A DNA stretch of 64,000 nucleotides from Azolla caroliniana. Taxonomy: Eukaryota; Plantae; Polypodiophyta. The stretch lies in assembly GCA_043228905.1 (NCBI GenBank), contig JBHGNT010000001.1:25668001-25732000 (forward strand), read 5' to 3'. Of this stretch, positions 1-12,600 are shown in pieces. Each line of letters starts with the position of its first letter. Positions within the stretch are counted from its first letter, which is position 1. A program made the position numbers and the translations under genes. The notes below the pieces were generated by a model. The model did not search any database. It had not been told where the DNA came from and worked only from the letters and a program-made list of their open reading frames with translations.

Positions 1-1117
1 GTACTGACGCATTTCTTCAAAGCGTTCCTCAAACTCCCGGAGGAGTACCGACTCCACCCACTCCATGAAGCCCCGCTTCGAAAGTCGAAGCGCGTCATCC
101 AGCCCGTATTTCTCCAGGAGCCGTCATTCGAACTCCTCCCAGGTCCGGCTCTCCGCCCGGACCTCGAGCACCTCCGCATGGATGCCCGGCATCGCCACTC
201 GAGGGAATCCGGCAAGACGCCTCTCTTCCGGAATATCCCTCATCAACATCTCCACCCGGTAGGACGCCAAATAACTCGTGCTATCCTTTCCACTGAACCG
301 GCCGATCGTACCGACGATCGCCTCAATAGCCCTGTCAAGGGCGCCGGTGCCCTCGCGCGCGCTCACTATCCGGTCCACGGCCGAAGCCATGGCCTCTGCA
401 AGATCCAACCCCCTCATCTTCTGCTCCTCTGCCGCCTTGTTCACGTCGGGCTCACCAAAGATGTCACGTTACTACGCGCGTGCGTGGAGAAATGAGGCGG
501 GACCATCGGGGTCTTGAACCAAAGAGAAGGTGATAGAAGGGGAAAGAGAAAGAGAGAGACGCTCGGTTACGTATGAGCAAAGAAACACAGGGACACGGCC
601 CTGTCAACGCAGAAGACACGAATGGACACAAAAACAGAGAGACATGAATGTTTGTATATTAATGAATGACAAATAAACAACAGAGCACGCGAGCGGTTAC
701 AACCGAACAGGCCGGCGAACAGATGTCGATGCCTGCTCGTCTGCGCACGAAAGGGGATAGGATGGAGGTGCTGCCGGAAGCACACGGGCGTTCCTCGAAG
801 CAGCGCGAGCCTCCCGAAAACTTGCAGAGAAGACCGATGGAGAACGAACAGGGGAGAAGCCTTCGGTTTCGGTCCCACCGCACTTCCTCCTCCTCAAAAT
901 AATAATATATCCCTTTCACGTTGCGTCTCCCTCTCTTTTATAGCTTGAAGAAGGGAGTCGTTTCCCTCATTAAATTCCTACCTACCGAATCTAACTACCT
1001 AGGATATACCTTTGTACCTAATTCTCTATTATATACATTAAAGGGCGTGCACGCGTGAAGAGCCGGTTCATGTGCGCTATGCACCGATTGCGCTAAGGGA
1101 CGGTTTTCTTCACGACA
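1..1117 (-). mobile_element. Trp-primed Ty3/Gypsy copy A, 5' part (5' LTR 462-1117, PBS 440-457, gag N-terminus 417-1); continues beyond the window
   Basis: LTR ends TGTCGTG...GTGACA on the minus strand; PBS TGGTGAGCCCGACGTGAA; ORF 124..444(-) matches the Gag N-terminus of the intact copy; flank CCGT at 1118-1121 lies in the RT of copy B. Confidence 0.9.
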
Positions 1118-3773
1118 CCGTGACCGACCCGCAGATGTTCGTCATCGTGGAGATGGGCTCTACCTTTGCCAGACACGGTTTCCTACCGTAAGGCCCGCAC
1201 AGGTGTCCGACCACCAAGATCTCCGATTGTCCGAGGGCCGACTTTTCCCCGGAGAAGGTGAGCCTCACGCGCTCTAGTCTCTACAGCACCTTCTCGCAGT
1301 CATCGATGTGGGACGCCACGAATTTCTGACATCCGTCCGGCCCGATTGCCTCGTCCCTTTTCTGCACCGGGCATCCCTTGATCAGGATGTCGTCTAAGAA
1401 CGGCATGGTTATGTCCGGGATACAATCCTTGAGCACTTTGTTCATCGTGTTCACCATGTGAGCCACTGAGTTCGTCCCTCCTTGTGGCAGGGTACACATC
1501 CGCACTAAGCCGAGAGGAGTCCGCATCGTCGTAATGTCTCTGCTCTCCATGGCTTGTTGGAACTGATCGTACCCCGAGTACAGATCACCGACAAAATAGA
1601 TCGACCTTCCAGCGAAGGCCTCCGCGAACTCGTCTATGGTCGGTCCGATCCCTGCATTATGGATGGTCACCTTGTTGACCGGTTGTAGGTCCTGGATGAA
1701 GTGCAGCATGTCGTTCTTCTTCGGCACCGTAAACCACCGATTCTAATACGGGGCACTCGACGGTTCGAGGATGCCCATCTCCACCTTTTGCTTCAGAAGC
1801 TCCATCAACTTCGGGATGTGAGCTCTCGGCACCGGAATCGGTGAAGTGCTGGTCGATCTCAACATCGCCGATTTTCACCCGTACGTTCGGGCAAGCCCCA
1901 TGTAGTTCTTCCGTGGTGCGCGTCGCTACCCGTATCTTCCAGCCATGCTTGGTGTTGATCAGCCATTTACCTTTCTTGTAGAAATCCATGGACATCAGGT
2001 TGATTTTGGATCCATGGTCCACCAACGCCACTACCGGTTCCAGAACGTTGCCGATCCGTACAGGGGTTTCCGTAGTCGCCCTGGCCCAATGCAGTTTCGT
2101 GTAGTGGCTTCCCGCCAGCTCATCTTCCAAGGTTACGTCTTCCAGGTGCGTGGTCCGCACTTCCACCGGCTTCTCCGGTTCCGGCTCCGTCGAGAGCCTC
2201 TTACGCTTCACCAAGTCTACGATAGAGTCGTGGAACTCCCTCTTGGCGATTCCCAGCACCTCCCGCAATGACAACTCCACTTTGCTGTCGAGGATACGTT
2301 CCTTCAGGACCTTTCGCAGGTTTGTGGTCCTTTCGATCTCGGTGCACAACCGAAACCCCGACTACTTCTTTCCGTCCGATGCGCCCGGGTTGCCGGCACC
2401 GGTCGGTTTCGGTCCGCACCGGGTCTCATATCTCGGGGGGCCGACCACTCCGGCCTTTCCTGCCCGTTTGTCCTCTACCAGAACCTCGTAGTTCTGGCAA
2501 GTGGCTTCTACGAAGCCCGTTTTATCTTCCACCGGATCGTCCCAACCGGTGACCTCCTGAACCAGCTGTTCCGCGCAGTCCGCCTCGTCCTTCCTCAGCC
2601 GAACTCCGGAGAGGCCTTCTAGCACTAGCGGCCAGAATCCGGAGTCCTTCACCTTCCGGGTCTCATCACCCCCGACCCGAATTCCCGCCGACACTGAGTA
2701 GTTAACGGCTTCTACATGCCGTGTCGTGGCCTCATCCATCAACCTCTTCATTCCGCCGCTCCCCGTATTCAGTTCTAGGGCTCTCCAGGTCTCGCTCGCG
2801 TGCACCTGCCCGTTACAGAGGTACACCACGTTCGTCCTGAGCGCGTCGGCGAAATCCGCGTAGTCCTTCTGAATGTGACCGATCGCATCACACCACATGC
2901 ACCGCTGCCCAGCCGGCGTCCTCCGGTCATGAGGTTGTTCACTGCTGTCTCTTCGGGCCTGTGCGATCTGCAGGTTGCGCACCATCTGTGTTAGCTCCTC
3001 TAGAGGTGCTCCTCCGGATGGGCCTTTGACCACGTCATTCGATGCCGACCCCGACTCCGGCAAGATTCGAGTCTCTTCCTTCCTCCTAGCTCCTCGAGCC
3101 TCCTCCCCGGGACCGGCCCCGACCCTGACGTGCTTCCGTCGCTCCAATCGCGCCGTTTGTCGAAACTGTTGCAGACCCGTTTTACCAGGGCCCAGTCCGT
3201 CATTAGCCCTTCATCCGTTTCCAATAGGGGCCCCACCTTTTCCCTGTCGAGCGCATCCACCGACTTGACAAACAATAGTACTCAACTTGTTTCGAGCACC
3301 GTCCGGTCCAGCATCGACAGCCGCGCGAACCGTTTTTCGAACTCCTGGAGGAGCACAGACGTGTTCATCCCTTTTCCGGGGCTTTCCACCCATACCATGA
3401 AGTCCCGCCTCGACAGCCGGAGCGAGTTGTCAAACCCGTACTTCTCGAGGAGCTGCAGCTCGAACTCCTCCCAAGTCTGGCATCCGGCCAACACCTCGAG
3501 CACCTCCGCATGGATGCCCGGCGTCACCACCCGAGGGAATCCGGACAGCCTCCTGTCCACCGGGATATCCCTAATGATCGATTCAATGGCTCTGTCGAGG
3601 GTTCCCGTTCGCTCACCAGCCGGTCGACGACCACCGCCATTGCCTCTGCTAGCTCCGATCCCCTCATCTTTCGACTCCTTATCCGCCCTTCCACGTCGGG
3701 TTCACCAAAGATGTCGGGTTGTCACGCGCGTACGTGTAGAAAGGGGCGGGACCACGTGGGTCTTGGAGTGAGG

Positions 3774-3821
<48 letters not shown>

Positions 3822-4358
3822 GAAGAGAGAGATTCACCGACACGTAGGAGCGAGAAAGAGAGATATAGAACGTAACACTTAATTATAATGACAGAGATTA
3901 CAAACACTGACAGTTACAACCGGCAGAGCGGCGACGGACCCGACACGGGGACCCTACTCACGCACACCGACGATAGACACACGACTCAAAGAAACCAAAA
4001 GGGAAAGGGAGCGACTCTGCTGGAAGCTCACGAGTTGTCCACGAAGCAAAGGTAGCGACCTCCCGACACCCGCAGAGAGCGACGATTCGCGTCCAAGAGA
4101 GAGAGCTCCCTCTTCCGTTCTGCAACAACGCTTCCCTTCCTCCTCGCGCGCGATGCCCGTTTTCCCTTGTCCTCCTCCCTTTATTCTCTGTCCCTCTGAC
4201 TGGGATACGCACAATCCCCCCCCCCAATAAATGCGTGCGGCTTAGTATTTAGATCCACCAGTTCGTGTGCAAAATATCAAGTCACGCGTCCATCCGTGTA
4301 AGGGCCGGTTTACGCGCTTTCTCTCTGATTCCACCTATGGCCGGTTTTCTTCATGACA
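1118..4358 (-). mobile_element. Trp-primed Ty3/Gypsy copy B, decayed (5' LTR 3712-4358, PBS 3691-3707, gag-protease ~3667-1843, RT fragment ~1842-1118)
   Basis: ORF pieces contain CMWCDAIGH, LVDHGS, LPQGGTNSV and PFLDD; an internal deletion fuses protease to RT near 1843; (GA)n tract in the LTR; flank CCGA at 4359-4362. Confidence 0.9.
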
Positions 4359-7300
4359 CCGAGTATAAGTCACCATATGCGCTACCGAATTCGTCCCGCC
4401 TGTTGGTAGGGTACACATCCGTACTAGGCCGAGAGGAGTTCGCATCGTCGTGATACCCCTACTCTCCACGACTAGCTGGAACTGGTCGTACCCCGAGTAT
4501 AAGTCACCGATCGAATAGATCGACCTTCCAGGGAAGGCCTCCGCGAACTCGTCTATGGTCGGTCCGATTCCTGCATTACGGATGGTCACCCTGTTGACCG
4601 CTTGCAAGTTCTGAATGAAGCGCAGCGTGCCATTCTTCTTTAGCACCGTAAACCACCAACTCGAATATGGGGCACTCGACGGTTCGAGGATGCCCATCTC
4701 CACCTTTTGCTTCAGAAGCTCCATCAACTTCGGGATGTGAGCTCTCGGCACCGGAATCGGTTTGAGATTCCACGGTACATGCGGTACCGTGAAGATCACC
4801 ATCGGTTCGACGATCGTCGGGTCCACGCACCCGATCTCCTCTGGCAAGAACGCGAAGGCTTTCCCATGCCTTTCGAGCTTTCTCCGAAACCTGTCCTCCT
4901 CCGCCGGCAATAGAAAGCCACCCCCACTGACCTTGAGCTCCTATAGCGTTATGTCGGTGAACCGGCGCCCTATGCTAGCCGGATTCCGTAAACTTGGGTC
5001 CGATGCGACCCTTTTTATCCGCTTCTCGCTGTCGTCCGGCAAGGGTGCCGCGACTGGCCTCACCTTCCGGTCCACAGTCTTGACCTTTGTATCCACGCGG
5101 GCCGTTCGATCCGACCCGATCCTTTCCCCGAAGTCCGCGATGACTTCGTACATTCCCATCGAACTAACCAGAATGGTCCAGTCTTCTCTAAGGACTTCAC
5201 CGATCACCTTTTGCAAGTCGCCCAAGGTGTCATCAAAAGAGACCGCCTCCACGGCGTCGCTGATTTCTTCGTCGGGGGAGAGGACTCCGCATCCCCTGAG
5301 CCGCTCCTCCGCTCGCTTCCTCTCCCGGCCGTTGACACCGGCGATAGTACAACCTCCGTTTTCGGAGAATCAAAACTTCCTACCTATTGTACATGTGTGG
5401 GGTTCTTCCAGTACGTCCGGACTTCCGTGGCCCCACGCCTTCTGGTACTTCCGGACTTCCCCTCGGTGAGGGTCTCGCGATTTCTCTCATGGTTCGGACG
5501 TACGGTTATGAATTGGACGGAATGCCGACCGTCTTGGCTCCTAACGCGCGCGTACACCGAACCGTTGTCCAACAGCTTTGTCTCCATGCGTGCTGGCGTG
5601 ATGTACAGTTCGCCGAGAATCACCAGGTGTGAGGATGTTTCCTGCACGAAGAAATGTTTATCTATCTCGACGTCACAGATCTTTATGCGTACATTCGGGC
5701 ACGCACCTTGCAGCTCCTCCGTAGCACGCGTCGCCGCGTGTATCTTCCACCCATGCTTGGTGTTGATCGGCCATTTACCCTTCTTGTAGAAATCCATGGA
5801 CATCAAGTTGATTTCGGATCCATGGTCTACGAAGGACATCACCAATTCCGGAACGTCGCCGATCCGCACAGGGGTTTCCGTAATTGCCCAGGCCCAATGC
5901 GGCTTCGCGTAGTGGCTTTCCGCCAACTCGTCTTCTAGGGTAGTGTCTTCTAAGTGCGTAGTCCGCACCTCCACCGGCTCCGCCAAAAGCCTCTTCCGTT
6001 TCACCGAGTCTACGATGGAGTCATGGAACTCCCTCTTGGCGAATCCCAGCACCTCCCGCAACGACAGCTCCACTTTACTATCGAGGATCTGCTCCTCAAG
6101 GACCTTCCGTAGGTCCGTTGCTCTCTCAATTTCTGTGCTCAACCGAAACCCCGCCTGCTTCTTCCCATCCGGCGCGCCTGGGTTGCCGGCACCGGTCGGT
6201 TTCGGTCTGAACCGGGTCTTGTACCTCTACGGGGGACCGACCCCTCCGGCCTTTCCTACCCGTTTGTCTTCCACCAGAACCTCGTAGTTCTGGCAAGTGG
6301 CTTCTACGAAGCCCATTTTCTCTTCGACCGGATCTTCCCATCCGGTAACCTCCTGGACCCGCTGTTCCGCACGGTCCGCCTCTTCCTTCTTCAGCCGAAC
6401 TCCGGAGAGGCCTTCTAGCACTGAGTAGTTAACAGCTTCTACATGTCGTGCCGCGGCCTCATCCATCAACCTCTTCATTCCGCCGCTCCCCGTATTTAGT
6501 TCTAGGGCTCTCCGGGTCTCGCTCGCGTGCACCTGCCCGTTCTAGAGGTACACCACGTTGGTCCTGAGTGGGTCGGCGAAATCCGTGCAATCCTTCCGAA
6601 TGTGACCGATCGCGTCACACCACATGCACCGCTGCCCAGCCGGCAGTCTCCGGTCGAGAGGTTGTTCGCCGATGTCTCTCCGGGCCTCTGCGATCTGCAG
6701 GTTGCGCACCATCTGTGTCAACTCCTCCAGAGCGGCTCCTCCGGATGGGCCTTTGACCATGTCGTTCTATGCCGACCCCGACTCCAGCCAAATTCGGGTC
6801 TCTTCCTTCCTTTCAGCTGGCACCAATACCGGCTCCTCGAGCCTCCTCGTCGGAACCGGTCCTGACTCTGACGAGCTTTCGTCGCTCCACTCGCGCCGTT
6901 TGTCGAAACGGTTGCAGACGCATTTTACCATGGCCCAGTCTGTCGTGAGCCTCTCGTCCGTCTCCAATTGGGGACCCACCTTTTCCCTGTCGAGCGCGTC
7001 CACCGACTTGACAAACAATAGTACTCGACTCGTTTCGAGCATGGTCCGGTCCAGCGTCGACAGCCGCGCGAATCGTTTTTCGAACTCCTGGAGGAGCGCC
7101 GACGTGTTCCTCCCTTTTCCGGGGCTTTCCACCCACGCCATGAAGTCCCGCCTCGACAGCCGAAGCGAGTCATCAAACTCGTACTTCTTAAGGAGCTGCA
7201 ACTCAAAATCCTCCCAAGTCTGGCATCCGGCCAGCACCTCGAGCACCTCCGCGTGGACGCTCGGCGTCACCACCTGAGGGAATCTAGACAACCGCTTGTC

Positions 7301-7712
7301 CATCGAGATATCCCTCATGATCATTTCGGCCCGGTAAGCCTCCAAATAACTGGTGGGTGTCAGGAACAGTACTAAGACAGAGAAGGAATTAGTACTAAAA
7401 GAAGTATTAGTACTAAGAGAGGTGAAGAACTCTCGAGAGAAGGAAAGAGTGAGTGAGAGGGAGGGAGAGAGAGATCGAGAGAGAGATGATAAGAAAAGAT
7501 ATATATTATGTGAAGAGAATGTACAGTAGTAACTAGGAGGCTTAAGACTGGCATTGAACCGATTTGGTTCGAAATAATGCCTCGTGCCTCCTTTTATAGT
7601 GTTCTAAGGAATACTCCTGAAGTTTCTAGAATGTTCTAGAGAAATCTAGAATATACATCAATTTTCTATAATAAAACATAAATGAAAATAATATTTTTTG
7701 TATTACAATGTA

Positions 7713-7772
7713 TAGTCTAATGGTCAAGAGCTCGACCTATGTAGCATAAGGTCATGGGTTCGAGTCTTGCCA
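7713..7772 (+). promoter_or_regulatory. tRNA-like Pol III A/B-box module, antisense, at the U3 end of the Tcn1-like LTR (also in the LTR copies near 10605, 27813, 28108 and 31327)
   Basis: A box TAGTCTAATGG at 7713-7723; B box GGTTCGAGTC at 7757-7766; start-to-start spacing 44 nt, as in tRNA genes. Confidence 0.6.
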
Positions 7773-7782
7773 TATCATGACA

Positions 7783-9666
7783 CTATCCCTCTTTAAAACG
7801 ACGAGTGTAACGAGCATTGGTGACATTCTCTATCGGTTCCCAAGTACGCTCGCTAGGACTATATCCTAGCCAATCGACTAGATAGTAGAGCTTGTTGCGA
7901 ACAATCTTGGAATCAAGGATGGCGGCAACCTCGTACTCAGGTCCATCTTCAAGCTCGATCAGGGGTGGAGGCTGTGTAATACGTTCTGGGATGGTGCTCT
8001 CTTGATAGGGTTCAAGGAGAGAACTATGAAACACCGGATGTATCCGAAGTTGTGGAGGTAGATCGAGACGAAAAGCGACATCATTAATCTTTCCTATGAT
8101 ACGAAAAGGACCTAATCGCCGATAATCCAACTTCTCGCATGGGCGAGTAGTCTTGATGTGTCGTCGGAGTAGCCATACCCGATCTCCAATGTTAAAACTG
8201 GGTGGGAGTCGATGACGATCCGCATAAACCTTGTGTGTTTGCTGAGCTTGTTGGAGATGAGTAGATAAATCCGCTTGTATCTTGCGTAACTGCTCCAAAC
8301 GATCCTCCGCGCAAGGATTTGTGGACACCTCTGGGGTTTCAAGTACACACCACCGGGGGTGACATCCCGTATAAGCCTGAAATGGCATAACTTTAGTCGA
8401 TGCGTGGATAGAGTTATTATAGGCAAATTCGGCGAAGTGGAGAATATCTGCCCAGTCATCCTGATGATAGCTGAGAAAGCACCGCAGGTACTGCTCCAGC
8501 GTTTGATTTGTTCATTCGGCTTGGCCATCGGTTTGTGGGTGGTAGCCGGAGGAGAGGTTACAAGTGACCTTGAGCATTTTAAAAAGGTGCTTCCAGAATT
8601 TTGACACGAACTGGGGTCCACAGTCGCTGACGATACTATCTGGAAGTCCATGATGCCGACATACTTCACGCATGACAATTTCGGCGGTGTCTTCACTGGA
8701 GATTTCCTTAGTACATGGCAAAAAATGAGCCATCTTCGTATATCGATCTACCACTGTTAGAATCGCATTGAACCCCTTAGAGGTTGGAAGATCTATGATG
8801 AAGTCTAGAGCAATGGATTGCCACGGCTTGCTTGGAATTGGTAATGGTTCTAATAAACCATATGGATGATGCCTTGGCATTTTCGCTCTGCAGCATGTGT
8901 CACAAGTCCGAACAAAATCTTCGACAAATTGTCTCATACGGGGCCACCAGAATGATCGTTGTACTAAATCTAATGTTTTAGTACTACCAAAATGCCCAGC
9001 TGTATATGTGTCATGACAGTTCTGTACTACTTGAAGGCGGGAAGAACCATTAGGAACATACAAAAGTTCTTTAAAGAAGAGTAATCCATCATGGTATTTG
9101 AATTGCCGATAGTCTGTACCTGGTGGTTGCGGCTGTGAACACGACGCTCGAGAGGGATCAATTTGTGCTAGTATAGCTTGGGCGAAAGCATCTGTCTTCA
9201 GGTCCGCACGTATGATATTGATAACGTGGGAATCCATGGGCATGCCAAAGACCTGTATTGCTTGCAGTCGTGCCGGTCCCAAGATTTCTTGCTTTTGGTT
9301 ATCGAAAGCTGTCTCGCCGGGACGCGGTGCTAGGTACGAACGCCGTGATAATGCATTTGCTTTCCCTTGATGTTTCCCAGGTCGATATGTAATCTTGAAG
9401 TCGAAACGTGTGAGAAAATGGGCCCACCGAGCTTGACGTCGATTTAACACACGAGCGTCTTGAAAATAGGCGAGGTTTTTGTGGTCACTGAATACAGTGA
9501 CTTGATGAGAAGATCCCTCTAGAAAATGCCTCCATTGCATAAAAGAGTCCACTATAGCCAATAGCTCTTTATCATGAATTTCGTAGTTGATTTCGGCGGC
9601 GTCAAACTTTCGTGAGTGAAAAGCCACAAGATGTAGCTTTTCATCATTACCTCGTTGTGATAGAAT
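7783..9666 (-). pseudogene. pol: RNase H, integrase and chromodomain part of the Tcn1-like pol (frameshifted)
   Basis: Motifs [21 protein letters not shown]...CDTC, GYHPQTDGQAE, LGPFRI and a chromodomain in ORFs 8512..9720 and 7783..8388. Confidence 0.88.
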
Positions 9667-12600
9667 CTTCCTCTTCGCAATATCAGTAAACCCCTCCAGC
9701 ACCACTAAAGAGGATTCCACCGTTCAACTTCCAGAGAAGTATCATCAGTATGCCGATGTGTTTGATAAAGTACAAGCCAGTACACTTCCTCACCATCGAC
9801 CATATGATTGCCCCATCGATTTACAACCGGGGAAAGAGCCACCTTGGGGACCGATCTACAATTTGTCACCAACCGAACTGGAAGTCCTTCGAGCCTATAT
9901 AGAGGAGAATTTGGAGAATGGTTTCATACGACATTCGAAATCTCCAGCTGGCGCACCCATTTTCTTCGTCAAGAAAAAGGATGGCTCACTTTAGCTCGTT
10001 GTAGATTACCGTGGCTTGAATAAGGTTACAATCCGAAATAGGTATGCACTCCCCCTTATCTCAAGTCTTTTAGAACGGATCAATGGTGCCAGGTTCTTCA
10101 CGAAGATCGACTTACGAGGAGCCTATAACCTCGTACGGATCCGACCAGGAGATGAATGGAAGACCGCGTTCCGCACCAGATATGGGCACTTCGAGTATAC
10201 GGTCATGCCGTTCAGCTTCACTAATGCGCCAGCAATCTTCCAGCACATGGCAAATGCAGGAACAGTACTAAGACAGAGAAGGAATTAGTACTAAAAGAAG
10301 TATTAGTACTAAGAGAGGTGAAGAACTCTTGAGAGAAGGAAAGAGTGAGTGAGAGGGAGGGAGAGAGAGATCGAGAGAGAGATGATAAGAAAAGATATTA
10401 TGTAAAGAGAATGTACAGTAGTAGCTAGGAGGCTTAAGACTGGCGTTGAACCGATTTGGTTCGAAATAATGCCTCGTGCCTCCTTTTATAGTGTTCTAAG
10501 GAATACTCCTGAAGTTTCTAGAATGTTCCAGAGAAATCTGGAATATACATCAATTTTCTATAATAAAACATAAATGAAAATAATATTCTACATATTACTA
10601 TGTATAGTCTAATGGTCAAGAGCTCGACCCATGTAGCATAAGGTCATGGTTTCGAGTCTTGCCATATCATGATAGTGGGATTCTTCCCATCGAATCGGCC
10701 TATGCTGTCGACGATCGATTCAATGGCTTTGTCGAGGGTACCCGTCCCCTTGCGAGCGCTCACCAGTCGGTCGATGGCTACCGCCATTGCCTCTTCTAGC
10801 TCCAATCCCCTCATCTTCTGACTCCTTTGCCGCCTGTTCACGTCGGGTTCACCAATTATGTCGCGAAGTTTCGCGTTCACATGTAGGAAGAGGCGGGACC
10901 ACGGGGGTCTTGGACCAAGGAGAGAGTGAGAGAGAGAGAGAGCTGCAGATACACAGAAAGAAGATAAGAGCAAGAAACAGGAATCCAATTACTATAATCA
11001 GTAGCTTACAACTCGAACAGTTACAACCACCAAACCGGTGATGGACCTGACACGGGGTCCTACTCACGCACATAGACGACAGCCACTCGACTCGAAGAAA
11101 TAAAAAGGGAGGGGGGAGGGGGGGAAGCCTCTGCTGGAAGCACACGGGCTGTCCACGAAGCAAAGGCAGCGAACTCCTGACACCCACAGAGAACGACGAT
11201 CGGAGGAGAGAGAGCTCGGCCCTCGGTTCTGTAGCAGCAGTTCGTCCTCGCCAACGCGCGATCCCCTTTCTTCCTTCTCTCCCTCCTTAAGTAGTTTGCC
11301 AAGGGGAGACCCTCCTTCCCTTGTCAAATCGCTTTATTCCCTGTCCCTTGTGACAGAGATACGCACAAATCCCCTAATAAATGTGTACTACCTAGTATTT
11401 ACATCAGCCAACCAAATTATGAATTATGCACAAAATATTAATTCTCGCGTCCACCCACGTAAGAGCCGGTTGATGTGCCTTTTTCTCCAATTCCGCCTAT
11501 GGCCGGTTTTCTTCACGACAACGTATCTTTGTATCTAACTACGATAGAGCGCTACGCTCTATCACAGGCATTGATCCGGTTGTAATAACCCACAGTGCTA
11601 CACACATGTTTTGATTAATAGAAACTTATCTACCTAACGCAAGTTGTTCTCAGCATTTCTGTCTGCGCCAGTGTCTACACACGATCCTCTTGCACTCTCT
11701 CTCTCGTTTCGCTAACCTTCTCTATTTAACCACGGTCTTAGGGCTTACATAATCTACAGACTCTTCCTCCTCACTTCTTGATTCCTTGGTTCAAGACCCT
11801 CGTGGTCCTGCCCAACTTCTACGCATCCGCGAGGATTTTCTCGACATCTTTGGTGAAGCCGATGTGAAGAGAGGTGGCAAAGGAATCTGAAAATGAGAGG
11901 GAGCAAACTTGCAGAAGCAATGGCGGTGGCGGTAGACCGCCTGGTTAGCGCTCGTGAGGGCACGAGTGCCCTCGACAAGGCCATAGAAGCAACGGTCGAC
12001 AAGATAGGCCGGTTCAATGGAAAAGATGTCATGAGTTACTTAGAGGCCTACAAATCTGAAATGCAGATGAAGAATATACCCGAGGGTAGACGACTGACAA
12101 GGTTTCCCCGGGTCGTGACGCCACACATCCATACAGAGATGGCTGAAATACAAGCAGGCGGCCACGATTGAGCGGAATTCATGGAGGAAGTTCTTGAAAG
12201 GTACAGCTACGAGTACTCACTCCGGCTATCGAGAAAGGACTTTATGGATTGGGTCAACAGCCCCGACAAGGGTCAGAACGCTTCAGAAGTTCGAGTCACG
12301 GTTCGCGCGGCTCTCTAGATTGGACCGAACCGTGCTTGAAACAAGCAAAGTCCTATTTTTCGTTACGTCGTTCGACTCGCGCGTTCAGGAAAGCGTGGGT
12401 CTTCTTCTTGAAACCAACCACGGTCTCACAATTGACTGGGCGACCATCAAAGAAGTATGCAGCAGGATTGACAAACGCCGAGATTGGAAAGAAAAGGGGT
12501 CTTCGCCGTCTGGACCAGCTGTCGAAACCAAAGCTGAACTGAATGGAAGAAACAAGGAGGTGGCTCGAGTTAGGCCCACCCCCGGCAAACGTAGTCGTGG

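Larger units (their letters stand above)
7358..10674 (-). mobile_element. Tcn1-like chromovirus, internally deleted and partly inverted (LTRs 7358-7782 and ~10257-10674)
   Basis: 5-bp TSD GTGGG at 7353-7357 and 10675-10679; purine tract next to 7783; RNase H-integrase-chromodomain on minus (EYEVAAILDSK...YYLVDWLGY...TWEP); RT N-terminus on plus at ~9667-10256. Confidence 0.88.
4359..11520 (-). mobile_element. Trp-primed Ty3/Gypsy copy C, decayed (5' LTR 10859-11520, PBS ~10837-10854, gag split by the insertion at 7358-10674, protease, RT N-terminus)
   Basis: ORFs 6767..7345, 6542..6760, 5384..6142 and 4335..4910 (all minus) match Gag/PR/RT of the intact copy; flank ACGT at 11521-11524 lies inside the 5' LTR of copy D. 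Confidence 0.9.

Noticed and set aside
7708-7782. Functional tRNA gene
   Set aside because: Acceptor and T stems pair poorly and there is no canonical 7-nt anticodon loop; only the promoter boxes and their spacing are tRNA-like.
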